Below, piece by piece: positions 26,301-39,500 of a stretch of 64,000 nt of DNA (positions are counted from its first letter, which is position 1; each line of letters starts with the position of its first letter). Location of the stretch: the NCBI RefSeq assembly GCF_032062105.1, contig NW_026926990.1, forward strand, positions 1 to 64,000, written 5' to 3'. A program made the position numbers and the translations under genes. This DNA is from Saccostrea cucullata. Its lineage: Eukaryota. The notes beneath the pieces are model-generated. The model had not been told where the DNA came from and ran no database searches. It was given only the letters and a program-made list of their open reading frames with translations.

Positions 26301-29300
26301 AGCCAGCCTTTTTGCCTCAAAGAATGAGTTTACATTTGTGTTGCATCCAGTCAGAATTCCCAGCAGTTGGAGTAATTGTCTCTAATGAGAAGCTATGCCT
26401 GTGCAGAAGTAAGTGTTGTTTTCATTGGGATGATCAATGTGGAAGGTCAAATCTAGTTTTTCAAGAAAAACACCTCTATTTTCCGTGTAGCTCTTTATGA
26501 AGAGACTTTTGGGGGGATCTATCTTAAGAATTGATGTATCTGTGATTAAGTGCTTGGTGTGTGTCATAATTAAGGGTATTAAGTTACTGATTCTGATGGA
26601 GAAATCACAAAGCAGCCATTGTTTTGGGAATATGTTATTGAAGGAGGATTTCTTTCTTGTGATGATAAATGATCTTGATTGCATTGTCAATGCATTAGAC
26701 TTATACCCCAGTCAGAAATGACATGGAGGCTACAGGACCCCAGGTGTGTCTTCTGGGCAGGTGTGTATGTGTATTGCTTCTTGATTTGTATCAGTGTCAA
26801 AGTATTATAGAAAACGCAGGTAAAAAATGAATGTTTGAGCTGTGTCAGCTGATGAATTAGAGCTTTGATAAGGATCATTTCAGTGCAGATTTTCAGCAAA
26901 GTATTTAGATATTAATGAAATGATAAAGATAAGAATGTGAATACTGAGTGCAAGTTTTCGAGTGCATATAGAGATTTTGGGTGTAAATATTGTGTTAATT
27001 AGTCTAGATTAAGGTTATGTATGTGTTCTCATTCTAAGGAAAGTTTGGATACTTCTACTTGAAATTATTTGGTTTGGTGTTCAATTCAACATTTAGATAT
27101 ATCCCTTTTTATCAAAACACAAAGACATTTAGTTTCATTCTAATGTTGATGCCAATAGTTATAAGTATATGAATCCCTTTGAACTCAAAATAATGACACC
27201 ACAGAGTCTGACATCAGTAATTTCTTTTCGTATTTGGTTTACTAGAGAAAGACATTGATGTCAAACTGACAACTAATATTTATAATACAAGGTTATATGT
27301 TGTAATCAACTTCTGTAATATTAACTTCCTTTATTTATGCATCAATATACTATTATCAAATGTATATGAAATTTATCTCTCAGTTGATTCAATATGCTAG
27401 AGTATATTCTGTTAAAAATCATTTTCTAAAAATAAAGTAGGTTATTAACAAATAAGTTGATGATACAAGGATATCAACAATGCTCATTTTAAACCACCAT
27501 ATCACATATTTCTTAACTATAGTTTTTAGACCATTATTTTCACACTGAAATATCTATGGATTTTTTCTGTTGACCAATCAACACAAGGAGTACAAAGCTG
27601 GTTCACTTGGTTGGCAGAGAATGCTTACTTCTCCATGGCACCTGATCACTTGTCTGTGTACAGAAGTCCATAATAATGTCTTTGTTCATAATTTGTATTG
27701 TTTAGGTGGACCTTTTAAAATGAATGCTGTTTGTTGTCTTTTACAAGGGTATATTTCATTTTGTATTTAAAACTAGAGATACTGTAAGCAATGATACCCC
27801 TTGCCGCCCATATGAGTATAATGACAGTGTCTATGTTTTGCTATGGGAAACCCAAAATATGTGTCGGATCAAAAAGTAAAATAGGAGGTGCACAATGAAA
27901 AAGGTATGGCAATGGCAGTGGTATTAGAGGAGTTGCGGATAATAGATGGGTACTCCAAAGCATAACAGACAGACGGACAGACAGCTAGACGGACGAACAT
28001 ACTGATTACTATATACCCTCCCGCTTTTCAAGCGGGGGGTGTAAAAAAAACCTTTGATATAGTTTTCAGAAAGACAAGATGATTAAATTTTAATCAAGCT
28101 CTTCCTGTTTAGCACAATATTATCTTTTAATTGGTTTGCATGTAAATGTGTAAAATTGTCCTATTTTTTGACAAAACATTTTTGATTTGATTTCTACATT
28201 GTGGAGAGCTCTTAATGGACATGGAAACAGAGATCTATGAAGTGGTCTAGCTGTCAATCTAATAAGTCTAGATGTGTATTGACACATACATAGGTAGATT
28301 GTTCCACAATGTGTGACCATTAATTAGCTACTGTCTGAAGTAGGTACAGATAATACTAGCACACTACCAGAAGTTTTTTTGACTCATTGTTTTGTTTTTT
28401 TTTATCCTGAGGATAAAGATAAGAATTTTGTACGAGTTTGACAGGAGTTAGATCAAACTGTTGGTATATATAACAGTTCTGCTGCATACTGAATACACAT
28501 GGTGAATGTTTACCGAGGAAGCTTTATGTGTTACATTGCTATTGTTCATTGATTGAGTCCACATCTGATTCCTGTGTCTGGTATAAGCTGTGAAATTCCT
28601 TGTCTCAGTCTTACTGCTTCTGGGGTCTCCTTTGATGGTACAGCACACTGTAGAGCAGACTTGAACACCCACATAGATATTGCATCAAAAACAATACACC
28701 TTTTTCTCTTGTTTTCTGCTATGGGGAATTAGTTTTCATTCTGTATTAATTATGCACTCAGTGAGATCGAAAAAAAAAAATATGTAGCAGCAATTTTTCA
28801 GAGTTGTAATCTAGAGCAGTTAATGGGTGCTATGGAGCCGTGGCAATTGTTCAATGGTTTTTACTAAACACATTTGGCAGTCTTTCATATTTTGTGTATG
28901 CTGTACCAATAAATTGATTCAGAATGTAGATAAGTCACAGTTTGGAGAGAGAGAAAGAGAGAAAGAAAGAGAGAAAGAAAGAGATCAGTTCTATAGGAAA
29001 TATCTGTCACTGTAAAATAAACAAGAAGTAAAGAAGGAGACTGTGCCAAAAACTATATATATCTTCAACTTTTAAACAAAATGGTCTGGCATTACAAGTT
29101 GAAAGACAGCTTGGTTATAATAAAGATTCTTGAGAGTGGCACACGACTGCCCTGGATTGCATTAATTTTCATCATCTTTTATTTGTAAACAAGACACAGA
29201 TTTGTAGAGCGTTTAACTGCTGCTATCAATCATTTTCTAGAGTACAATGGAGATTTTGGCAGCATTTTACATAGGGAGATGTTGACATTAAGTGTGATCT

Positions 29301-32300
29301 CAGAAACAGCAGACATTAGAACAGAGAGGCCTGCAGGAAGGGCAAAAAAGCTTGTCATTTGTCATTGTTTATACCACATGTTACAGAAGATTCATATGCA
29401 TTATCGGCTAGCTTTACAGCTAAGAAATTGAAAAAAAGAAATTATAATGTTTATCAATCTTGCACAAATCAGAGCTGGCAGTTTTAATAAATAACTTCTT
29501 ACAATTTTCACTATTATCCAAACCATCATTTTACATGTATGTGAATAATTTTAATCTACAGATATTTTTTTGAGTGTTCTCACATGAAATTACTTAGAAA
29601 AGACTAGACTGATCTCTAAATGGCACAAAGGTCATGGAAAGGTCGTGAACTTCATACAGGAGCTAAGTATCCAAAAAGTAGCAGCAGGGCAAACAGGTTA
29701 CAGGAAACGTGGCACAAAAAAAATTGGCTGTGGGGGCTTTCAGCACTTAGTTGTGTATGTAATCTGGCTAATCCGAGCTGGCTGGGGAGGCTTAGGGTGC
29801 CAGATTAACACCTGAGAGAGGATGCTGGTTGTTTACTGTGTGCCTGACTGACATGCAGCCCACATGCTGGCTTTACACCTGTGATGGCAGAGGGGAGGGG
29901 GAGGAATGTTTCTAGTATTGTACCATGTGTGATATTGATTAATAAAGCCTTAGTCATTGGAGGCAGATTTATAAATGTAGGATATGCTTTTGTTTTCAAG
30001 TTTGATTTTGGTTACCAGGAGATTGATATTCTTTTGTTCTTTATATTATTCATAATTTTTTTTAGGTATTGCATAGACAATGATGATGGATTATCAGTAT
30101 TTATTTAAAGGAAAGGATATGGCAATATTAGATACACAATTTCTAGTTTCTATTTTTTGTGTGACATTTCAATCAAACATACATGCAAGTATTTATTATG
30201 GAAGATTTCTATGTCATGATTAGTATCATTGAGCAATATGTGTAGGTCTAATGGCATAGACATTTGTATCAGTGCACTAAGAGTACACCTATCAGTACAG
30301 GTCTCCAGCATCAACTACTGCATTACAGACCCACTGCTCTCATTGACCCCAGAATCTAATGCTGAACAGTACATTTGATTGGTGACTAACATCTGAGATT
30401 GCACTAGTAACTAAATTACCCTCATCATTAGAGAGCTCCATGTAAACAAATAACATCATATGACACACTTTAGGTGTTGATGAGGGAAATAATTGAGAGA
30501 TGGATATTGGGCACAGGATAAAGAGGTTTTCCTGGTTTGAACTGGTCTAAAATAACTCCGAGGATTTTGTTCTCAAATTATCATGCATGTTTTTGTATCA
30601 ATGTGAGTGGAAGGACCCAATTTTTTTGCTACAGGGAAATATTATAAGGATTTTTTTATAATGGTGTTTACTGCTCATGGTAAGATTTCATCAAAAGATT
30701 TGCAAACTTTTTAAGTAATTTAATGTTAAAGGGTTATCTAGATGTGTTGTTACAATAGGAAAGTGATTCTGTAAGCACCTAAAATGAAATTTTTATCATT
30801 AGAGTTATCTAATCACTTTCAAGCACTTCTGTACAATCAAGGGGGCTCCCTCAAAGGTGAACTTTGATCACTTTGAGGTTTGCAGTTTTTTATGCTGATT
30901 GTTAGGGAATCTGCAGACAGAACTTGGGCTGATGCTAAGCTGTTCGTAATGGAATTGGACAAACTAAATCAAGTGTAAAAGAAGGAGGAATGCTTTGCTG
31001 GCTAAGTTGCCCTCTGGAAACAATTTACCAGCAGTTAGATTTACTTGTGTGAGTCTGTAATTTGAAGAGGAAATCCTTTATGCTTGAATTCTTAAAAGAG
31101 GAAGGAAAGTTAGAGTTCCTTTCCTACCTCAAAATTTTAAACAAACCACACATTTTTTGGTGTGGAGAATTTATACCATGATAAATATAAATTATGTTTT
31201 CAATAATGAATGTAACATTTCATACCAAATTTATGTTCATTTGATGTTCTTTGCTTTAAATATTTCAATGCTTATATCAATGCTTTTTCAAGTATTTTTA
31301 CTTTTCACAGCTGTGTTTTGCGTGTGATTTAACTTTATTTGCTTTGTTTTATATATGTTTTGTGTTTTCACATTTATGTCCACAGACAAGATTTGATCAC
31401 ATTAGGATGTCGACTTTTATAAGTTGTCATGGCCTTTGAGGTTCAGAACATATACAGCACGCCACAGATTCCGCGCAAGCGGCCGTGTTTACGTCCCCGC
31501 CGAATGACGCTGATCGATCTCAGGTACACCTGCGTGTCTTAGTCCCAGATTCTCTCCTGATGCCTGCGAGGAGATGCACACTCTATAGACTTTCTTTTTG
31601 CCCGTTGATCGTGGTCATGTGAATGCTTTTCTCCAAATTCTCTCTTTCCTCTTTTCATACTTGTATTAGGTGGCACAAGCATGTACTGTGGTAGTTAACT
31701 ATTTTATAATTGCATCAGAATACATAAATATGCTGGCAAAAATCGACTCTATATTGGGACTACTAACTTCAGCTGTTCATTATGATATCAGGTACACACT
31801 GTAGCCATACAGTGAAGTATATTAACTTCTTACATAAAACCTATAAATATAACTCTTGTATATTTAGATTCTTAGATGTAATGCAGAAATGTTTTTTTTT
31901 TTTTAATTATATTTTTATGAAACTGATAGTGATAGGTAAAAGGAAACACACAGGGAATGATAGGATCATACTGTTTCACTCAGATTATGGGGAATCCTCA
32001 GGATAGTGTTAGTTTTTGGCTGACTTATTTTCTACATGTTTTCCTATAGATTTCAGGTCTACATCACTATAGAACCCACTAAACTCCCTTCATCATTTTG
32101 GTCATCCAAAATATGATGGATGAGAAAGGGCACAGGTTATGGTAATTTTAACTTCTGATATTTAGAGCTATATCACTTAGCCTCATCCCATTTATTTATA
32201 TGGTACAGCACTGGCATTTTTCCCATACAGATATTCTAATTCAGAAATGACCAGAATATTGATTTAGTATAATTTTTTGGAGTTTCAGTGCTGAAAATAA

Positions 32301-33484
32301 ATTGGAGGATTATGACACTTAGAGCTGATAGTAGAAAGGGAATTGATTTCAATCTTTAACGGCTGTCATCAATGAATGGCATTATTCATGTACCTATATT
32401 AAAACAATTGCATGGGCAAAGCATATTCCTTGTGTAATTCTCATGAAAAAAAAATGCAAATTACTACTTCAGTACACTAAAGAAGTTTTCAATAGAGTAA
32501 TTGTTTAATCCTCAAGTAAGAGCTTAAAACTTGGAAATTAATTATGAGCTCTTAAGAACACATAATTATATGAATAATAATCGAGTCAATAATGTGAGCA
32601 AAAATTTCTGACTTTTTAGCACTACCCAAGGCTTCAAAATCATGCAGTTTACATGTATCTGTTGGACAAAATTTCTTCAGTTTTGATGTCTGTCATGATA
32701 CAAAAGTATTTAAAAAATGTACAAACGAAGTTATGTAAGATAGAAAAAGTTTCCTTGAGGGTTGCTGCATGATAATTATATGACTTTATGGATATGAGTC
32801 TCTAGGTCATCTCTCCTTAAGTTGCTTGCTGCATGCCTTAAGTTGAAGAATGCTGCATGTATTTAACTGTTTTATCTTTTTTATTTGCAGAAATAAATGG
32901 AACATGTTAAGTTTATGCATTGTTTGAAACTTATGGGGAAACATCCTCAGGTAGTGTAGATTCAAGTTTGTTCAAAATAGGGCGGGGCCAAAATGGAGTT
33001 TTACATAGAAATATATAGGAAAATTCTTTAAAAATCTTCTTCTAACATCAAAATGGCTGACCAAAGTTTTACAAATTAACTAATTTACATCTAAGCCACT
33101 CAAAATTGAATACATGTATTACAATTTTGAGTGGCTTAGATGTAAATTAGTTAATTTGTTAGAGATCATCTAGGATTAAACAATTTTTCATAGGCAATTT
33201 TTAATGATTGCCATAAATGCACATGGAAAAATATTAAAGCAAATTCAATATAAAACATCTTATTTTCGATGGATCAAATTCTTATGATATGAGAAAAAAA
33301 GATTTGTTCATGGGGGTTGTTGGCATCATGTTGTAGTCTGAAATATTTTAAAACATTTTGGGGAGAAGAATTTCTGAATGTTTTCTTACTACATAAACAA
33401 TGAAAGTTAAACCCCACAATTGAACTCCTAGACTAGAAAATCTACTACTCACCAGCATTTACTATAGACACAGGAGTTAGTTTG

Positions 33485-33521
<37 letters not shown>

Positions 33522-36500
33522 GCTAGGCAGTTTCCATGCCAGATCAGTTATTTCTGATGCATGAGGCCTCATTCTTCATGGATTAAAGCAACATTAACTT
33601 CAGATTTCATTCATGGAATTCAGGGAAATATTTCAAATGAGTGACAGGCGGGGAATTGAAGTCGTCTTGGATTGTATTCCAAACATGACTATTGATAAGC
33701 ATTGCTGCATGAAAGTGATGTGTTCTTCCATCAAGTTGTCAGGAACATTTACTATTCCCCCCAATAAGAGAAATTTTTAGAAATGTTTACAATGTAGGGG
33801 TTTTAACCTTGGATTCTATCTCTTTATTCCTCGCAACATCTGGGATTTTTCAACCTGGTTCTACGGGGCAGAAGGATCTGAATTGGGGAAAAAAGTTGTG
33901 TTTGTGAATGTCTTGGTACATCTTGATATGACTGGGTGTGATCTCATTAACGCGAGTTTTGTGTAACATTGTGTGTCTACCATCAGAAGGATAGTAGTTT
34001 TTTTTTTATCACAACAGTGGAAGCTGATATTTCGATAGGAAGGTTGGGGGAAAATTATCTAGATTAGCCCAGATGTTCTCATGACTGCTGCCAAAAATGT
34101 ATCTTATGGAGTCTTTTATAGACTCCAGAAACGATTATCTTTCTTGATAAATGTTGTCACAGGAAAAAATATATAGAATCTGCTTTTAGTTTTATACTGG
34201 TTTAAATAGAAAGACAGCTGTTGAATGTAAAAAAAATATTGATCATTGAAACAATCATGGTAACAAAAGTATTTCTTGTTGTAGGACAGAATGATACAAT
34301 CTTTTTCCCCAAAATCACTTGATAACAGCTAAATATATGAAAATAATAAGTAAATATTATATTATTTTATAAAAATTTATATATTAAGGTTAATATAAGT
34401 AAATTGAATATGTTTTATGATATAAAATTTCAATTTTTATTCAAAATTTCTCAGTAATGTCATTTAAATTGATAAAAAGTTATTGATTAGATTTGTAAGG
34501 CCTTGGTGATGGCAAATAGGAAGCAAATATAGCATTGAAAGTCTGCAATTTCTTAATAATTTAGAGGTTGGTTTGTGCATCATTTAGTCCAAATATATAT
34601 ATACTGATCCATGCATCCAGGTTTATTTTTTGGTCTATGCATGTGTCCTTAAAATTATGAATATTGATTTGAATACATGTAATGATAAATTATCTTAATT
34701 AACTCTTTGAAGTTCAAAAGTATAATTGTACAGCTATTTCAAGCATGCCAGAATTATAGAAATGCAGACATGTAGAATAGCCAGGGTACCTTCAGGAATG
34801 TCAGTCACACAGGTCATCTGCCACAGAGTGGAGAGGTATATTAGGTAAAAGTCTGTAACATTACAGGGGATAGCTGGAGGTAGGGCAGTTCTAAGACGTA
34901 CTTAAGGTGTGTGTATAATGCATGACTTTACGTGTTACAGAAATGTACGGGTAGATGAAGATGACAACCAGCCCTACAGGAAATGCAGCACGGCCACAAT
35001 TCGCTCGGAAGGGACCGGCACACAGTATTATTCCAAGGTACTTTATGGCAAATAATGAAAAAATTATTAACTATTGATGTTATGGTGACCCAAACACTTA
35101 AAAGTTGATCATCATAAAAATCACTTTGAAGCTCTTTATAGATCAAGGTTATTCCAAACTGTCCATAATTCATTACTGATATGTGGTAATGGTAAAGAGG
35201 GTTATAATTTTATGGAAATCCATTATCCTAGAGCCAAACTGGCAAATGTATTAGGTGTTTACTATCATTCTGTCACAAGACACAAGTACAGTTTAAAGTG
35301 AACTCAAAGCATGCAGCATCTTAGTATTTTCAAAGTGGATCATTTCAAGGAAGACAGATTCATTACTTTTAACTTCCAAGTGAGTCCTCTTTAACTTGTC
35401 GTGGTAAATGTCTCTAATTGATTAATACAGGATATAGGTACTTCAGACAGAAAAAGACCTCCATGACACAAAAAGAATGCACATTAGAGATAATAAGGCT
35501 CTCAATCTTGCGTCATTTCATATCAGATACTTTATTAACTGATCATTTATTTGTTTACTGACAAATGTTATTGATTGAGCATATTTGATATACAGGTGTA
35601 GTATGAATGAACCTCAGACATTGCTTATTGGTTAAGGAAGCATGGTATAAGATATTAATGTCCTTGTTTTGCCTTCAGCATGGTGGGATCCAGCACATGT
35701 ATGACAGTTCGGACACAGGCAGCCTGGATTCCTTTAAGAGTACCTCCTCTTACATGAGGATCAGGAGGGTCTCCAGGTATGTCATTACTTCCATAAAAGG
35801 TGTCCAGGATTTTGTTGAATAAAATGTATGTACAGGATTGCTTTTAATAAATGTATGTCCAGTGTACTATATAAAACATCCTGCATTACTTCTACAAAAT
35901 TTTGTTTCTGGGATTATCTGATATTACTTCTGTAAACATTTTATGTTAATCTAAAGGAAGCATTTCAAAAATCTTATAAAACTTTTTATCTTGTACATTT
36001 CAGTTTTTTCAGTGTTTGAAACTCACTGTAAAATAGCTAGACAAGCAGGGCTGATTGCTAGTGAAAGTTGTCAGCCCCACTAAATATGTATTAGCCCCCC
36101 CCCCCCACAAATTGTCTTTTATAATAAGTTCATTTTAGCAGTAATGTGAATGGGGCCAGCTCACTATATATTTGATCCTGGACCTAAAGGCTGATGAATT
36201 CTACTCATTCACTTGTTACACTTTGCAACCAGTAATATAGTTGATTTGAAAGAGTTTTATCAAATATCTGAATTTTAATTTATGGAAGATTTTACACGTC
36301 CAGCCGGGCGTTTATACTTGCAAATCTGTTCGCCCATGACAAAATTTGTGTGTCTTGGGCGGATGGGCGCATGGTTATTTCAATTACTGGTTTTATTTTA
36401 CAGTGACTGTTGTGTGATTTGGTTAAAATTAAAACTTGATCGATCCTCACAATTGTTGATCATTGTAACTTTGAATTTTCAAACAAAGTTATGAAAGCCA

Positions 36501-39500
36501 AAGAACTGAGATTACTATATAGAACTTATGATGACTGGATTTTGTTTGTTACAGTTCTGTAGATGGATCCACTAGATTCCCCAAACTTTTGGAGTGCGCC
36601 CATTTTCACTATGATGTGGTAGAACTTCCTGGGTTTCAGGTAATTTTGTGCACATTTTTCATGCAAATTTGTCTTTGAAGTCAGTTTGAAATCATCTTAT
36701 TTTTTCTTTTCAAAATTCGTGTAAAAATGGACATGAAACTATTGTATATGCAGGGATAAAAGGCATAATATCGAATGTTTATTCTTTTTTTGCTCCAAAC
36801 TTGAGCACATGAGTTATGGCTCTTCCAACAGGTGTGTCTGTGTGATGAAGAGCAGGAGAATTTCCACCATATCAATGGGGAGGAGGAAGGAACAGCCTAC
36901 CTCATCAAGATCACCTGTGGTAACAAGACATGGATGGTCAAGAGGACACTCAAGAACTTCTGCATGCTGGACAGGCAGTTACACAAGTGTATCTTTGACC
37001 GCAAGTTCAGTAGACTACCAGATCTTCAGAAGTCGGACGAAGGAAGAGTTTCCAAGGTATAGATGTGTTGGCAAAACTAATGCATTTCTGTAAAGTTGTT
37101 AGGTAATGTTTTTATGTACATGTATCTGTCTGCTAACACTGGATTGTTTATACCTGCGCTTTTTATTGATTTGTGGTTAATATCAGTTTGACACTTTGTG
37201 TACAAACTAATTTGTTTTACAATTATGGATTACTTATGCAAGGAGGTGCCTTAGTTGATTAAATTTGAGGTCATTGCTCTGAATTTTTTTTTGTTTTCTT
37301 TTTTAGGAAATGGAACTTTTTCTGCAGTCTTACTTGAAGAGGTTTTCAGACATTGCTGGTAGTATGATCAACTGTGGCTCAGTGCTCAACTGGTTTGAGG
37401 TAAGAACTTATTTTTTTTAAACAATTTAGATTGACTTTAACATAGACTTAGGTTAAATTGACTCTATTAAACATTCTTTAGCATGGGTTTTCTACATATT
37501 TGCTTTAAAAAGCTAATTTTTTTGACACATTTACTTAAAAATTATATAATTTCAAAGTGCGTTCTAATATTTTTTTATAACGAGAAAAACTGCTGTTAAA
37601 TGAACAAAGATGAATTAACTCTGTTTAGTGTAATGTTAAGTATGTGATGTATGGCAAGATATCTTTAAATACTTATCCAACCTCAGGAATAAGTAGTGAG
37701 TGAGATTCCTTTTTACATAAAAGTAATTAGAGATTAGAGTGATTTATGAGGTGTGTGATCTCTGTTTTCTCAGATTGACAATCGAGGGAACCGCTTACTT
37801 GTCGTGGACGATTCGGGAATCAATACCCCAGCCATTGCCGCAGCTCACGCAGTCAAACGATACACTTCACAGGCCATAGATGAAATATCATTAGAGGTAT
37901 ATCTTTGTCAGTGTTTGTTTCAGTTTGATGTATCAATTACATGGTTGTAAAAAGTATTGGAGAATGATTTATCAAAGCAACATCAATATTCTGTATCATT
38001 ATAGAACAAACTTAGTGGTAACAATGTATTTGAGGCATAATCAATATTTTTAATTATGACCTCTTTATAAATGTTTATTATGATTACCGGTAATATAAGC
38101 TTTTTTATGATAATAACAGGTGGGAGACATTGTGTCTGTGATTGACATGCCTTCTATTGAGGACACGATGTGGTGGAGAGGAAAACGAGGCTTTGAGGTA
38201 AGCCAGGATTATTAAAATGGTCATAATAAAAAAAAAAATTCATAAGGTTCCCTATATTTACAAAATTATTTTGTATCAAGTCTGTCAGTCCTTGGTTTGG
38301 GATATTTTTGTTGATCCTGTCCCAGAAGCTTTGTTGTTATTATTGTCGTATTTTACAGGTGGGTTTTTTCCCTGCCGAGTGTGTGGAGGTGATAGGTGAC
38401 AAGATCCCAGCCTCCGTCCAATCTATGGTGCCAGTTAACAGCAATAGTAAGTATCCAGGACAACATTAAACTTTATCTACTATGCTGTCTTATATTGCAC
38501 TGATAACCCTAATGCTCTCTAAAGAAAGTTTGAGCACATTAACTTTAATTCCAATTTGGACCTTAAGGGCATAAAATTAAAGGCAGTTTTCTTCCATGTA
38601 CATTTATGGTCATTTTATAATTTCCAGGCATCTCTACCTGTCATATTGACCATGCGCAGAAATTATTGTGAAGTCATAGTACTCGATTAAATTTCTTGAT
38701 AATGCATATCTTTTTATATTTTACAGTAGTGCGTAAGCATGGAAAATTTTTAACTTTTCTGCGGATGTTTTTCTCCACACGTCCCCCTCGTAACCAGTTA
38801 AAACAGTCTGGTATTGTCAAGGAGCGAGTGTTCGGTTGTGATCTTGGTGAGCACCTGCTCAACTCAGGACATGATGGTGAGTGTACTCAAAATTAAACTT
38901 ACACATGAATGTAATTTGAGACTCAATGGTCAAGTCTACTAAAATGAAGATATGAAGTTAGTTTACTCAATAAACTTCAGACAGTGCATTACTACAACTG
39001 CTCAAAAAATAATACTGAAGTAATTTTTCACTTCTATTACAGTTCCCTTGGTACTTAAGTGTTGTTCTGACTTTATTGAGGAGATGGGAATTGTAGATGG
39101 CATCTACAGACTCTCTGGAATCACATCCAACATTCAAAAATTAAGGTAAATCACATGCATTTACAGCATAAATTGTCCAATATGGAAACTACTGGTTATA
39201 GAGAAATTGACCAGATTACACAACATTTTAAAAAATTGAATTTATTAAAGGGATTTAAAGTTTACATTGTAATAGACCAGGATTCAGAATACAGATAATC
39301 TGGTTAATGGACTTAATGACTTTTACTGCACTTAATTTTGAGTGCAAATCTTACAGCTTGATAAATTCGAGATAAAATATTCAGACATGAATATTCACAT
39401 TTGTTTTTGTCATATAAAGGTTGGCCTTTGATGAGGACAGAGTTCCTGACCTAACAGAAGAGATTTACCTGCAAGATATACACTGTATCAGCTCCCTACT

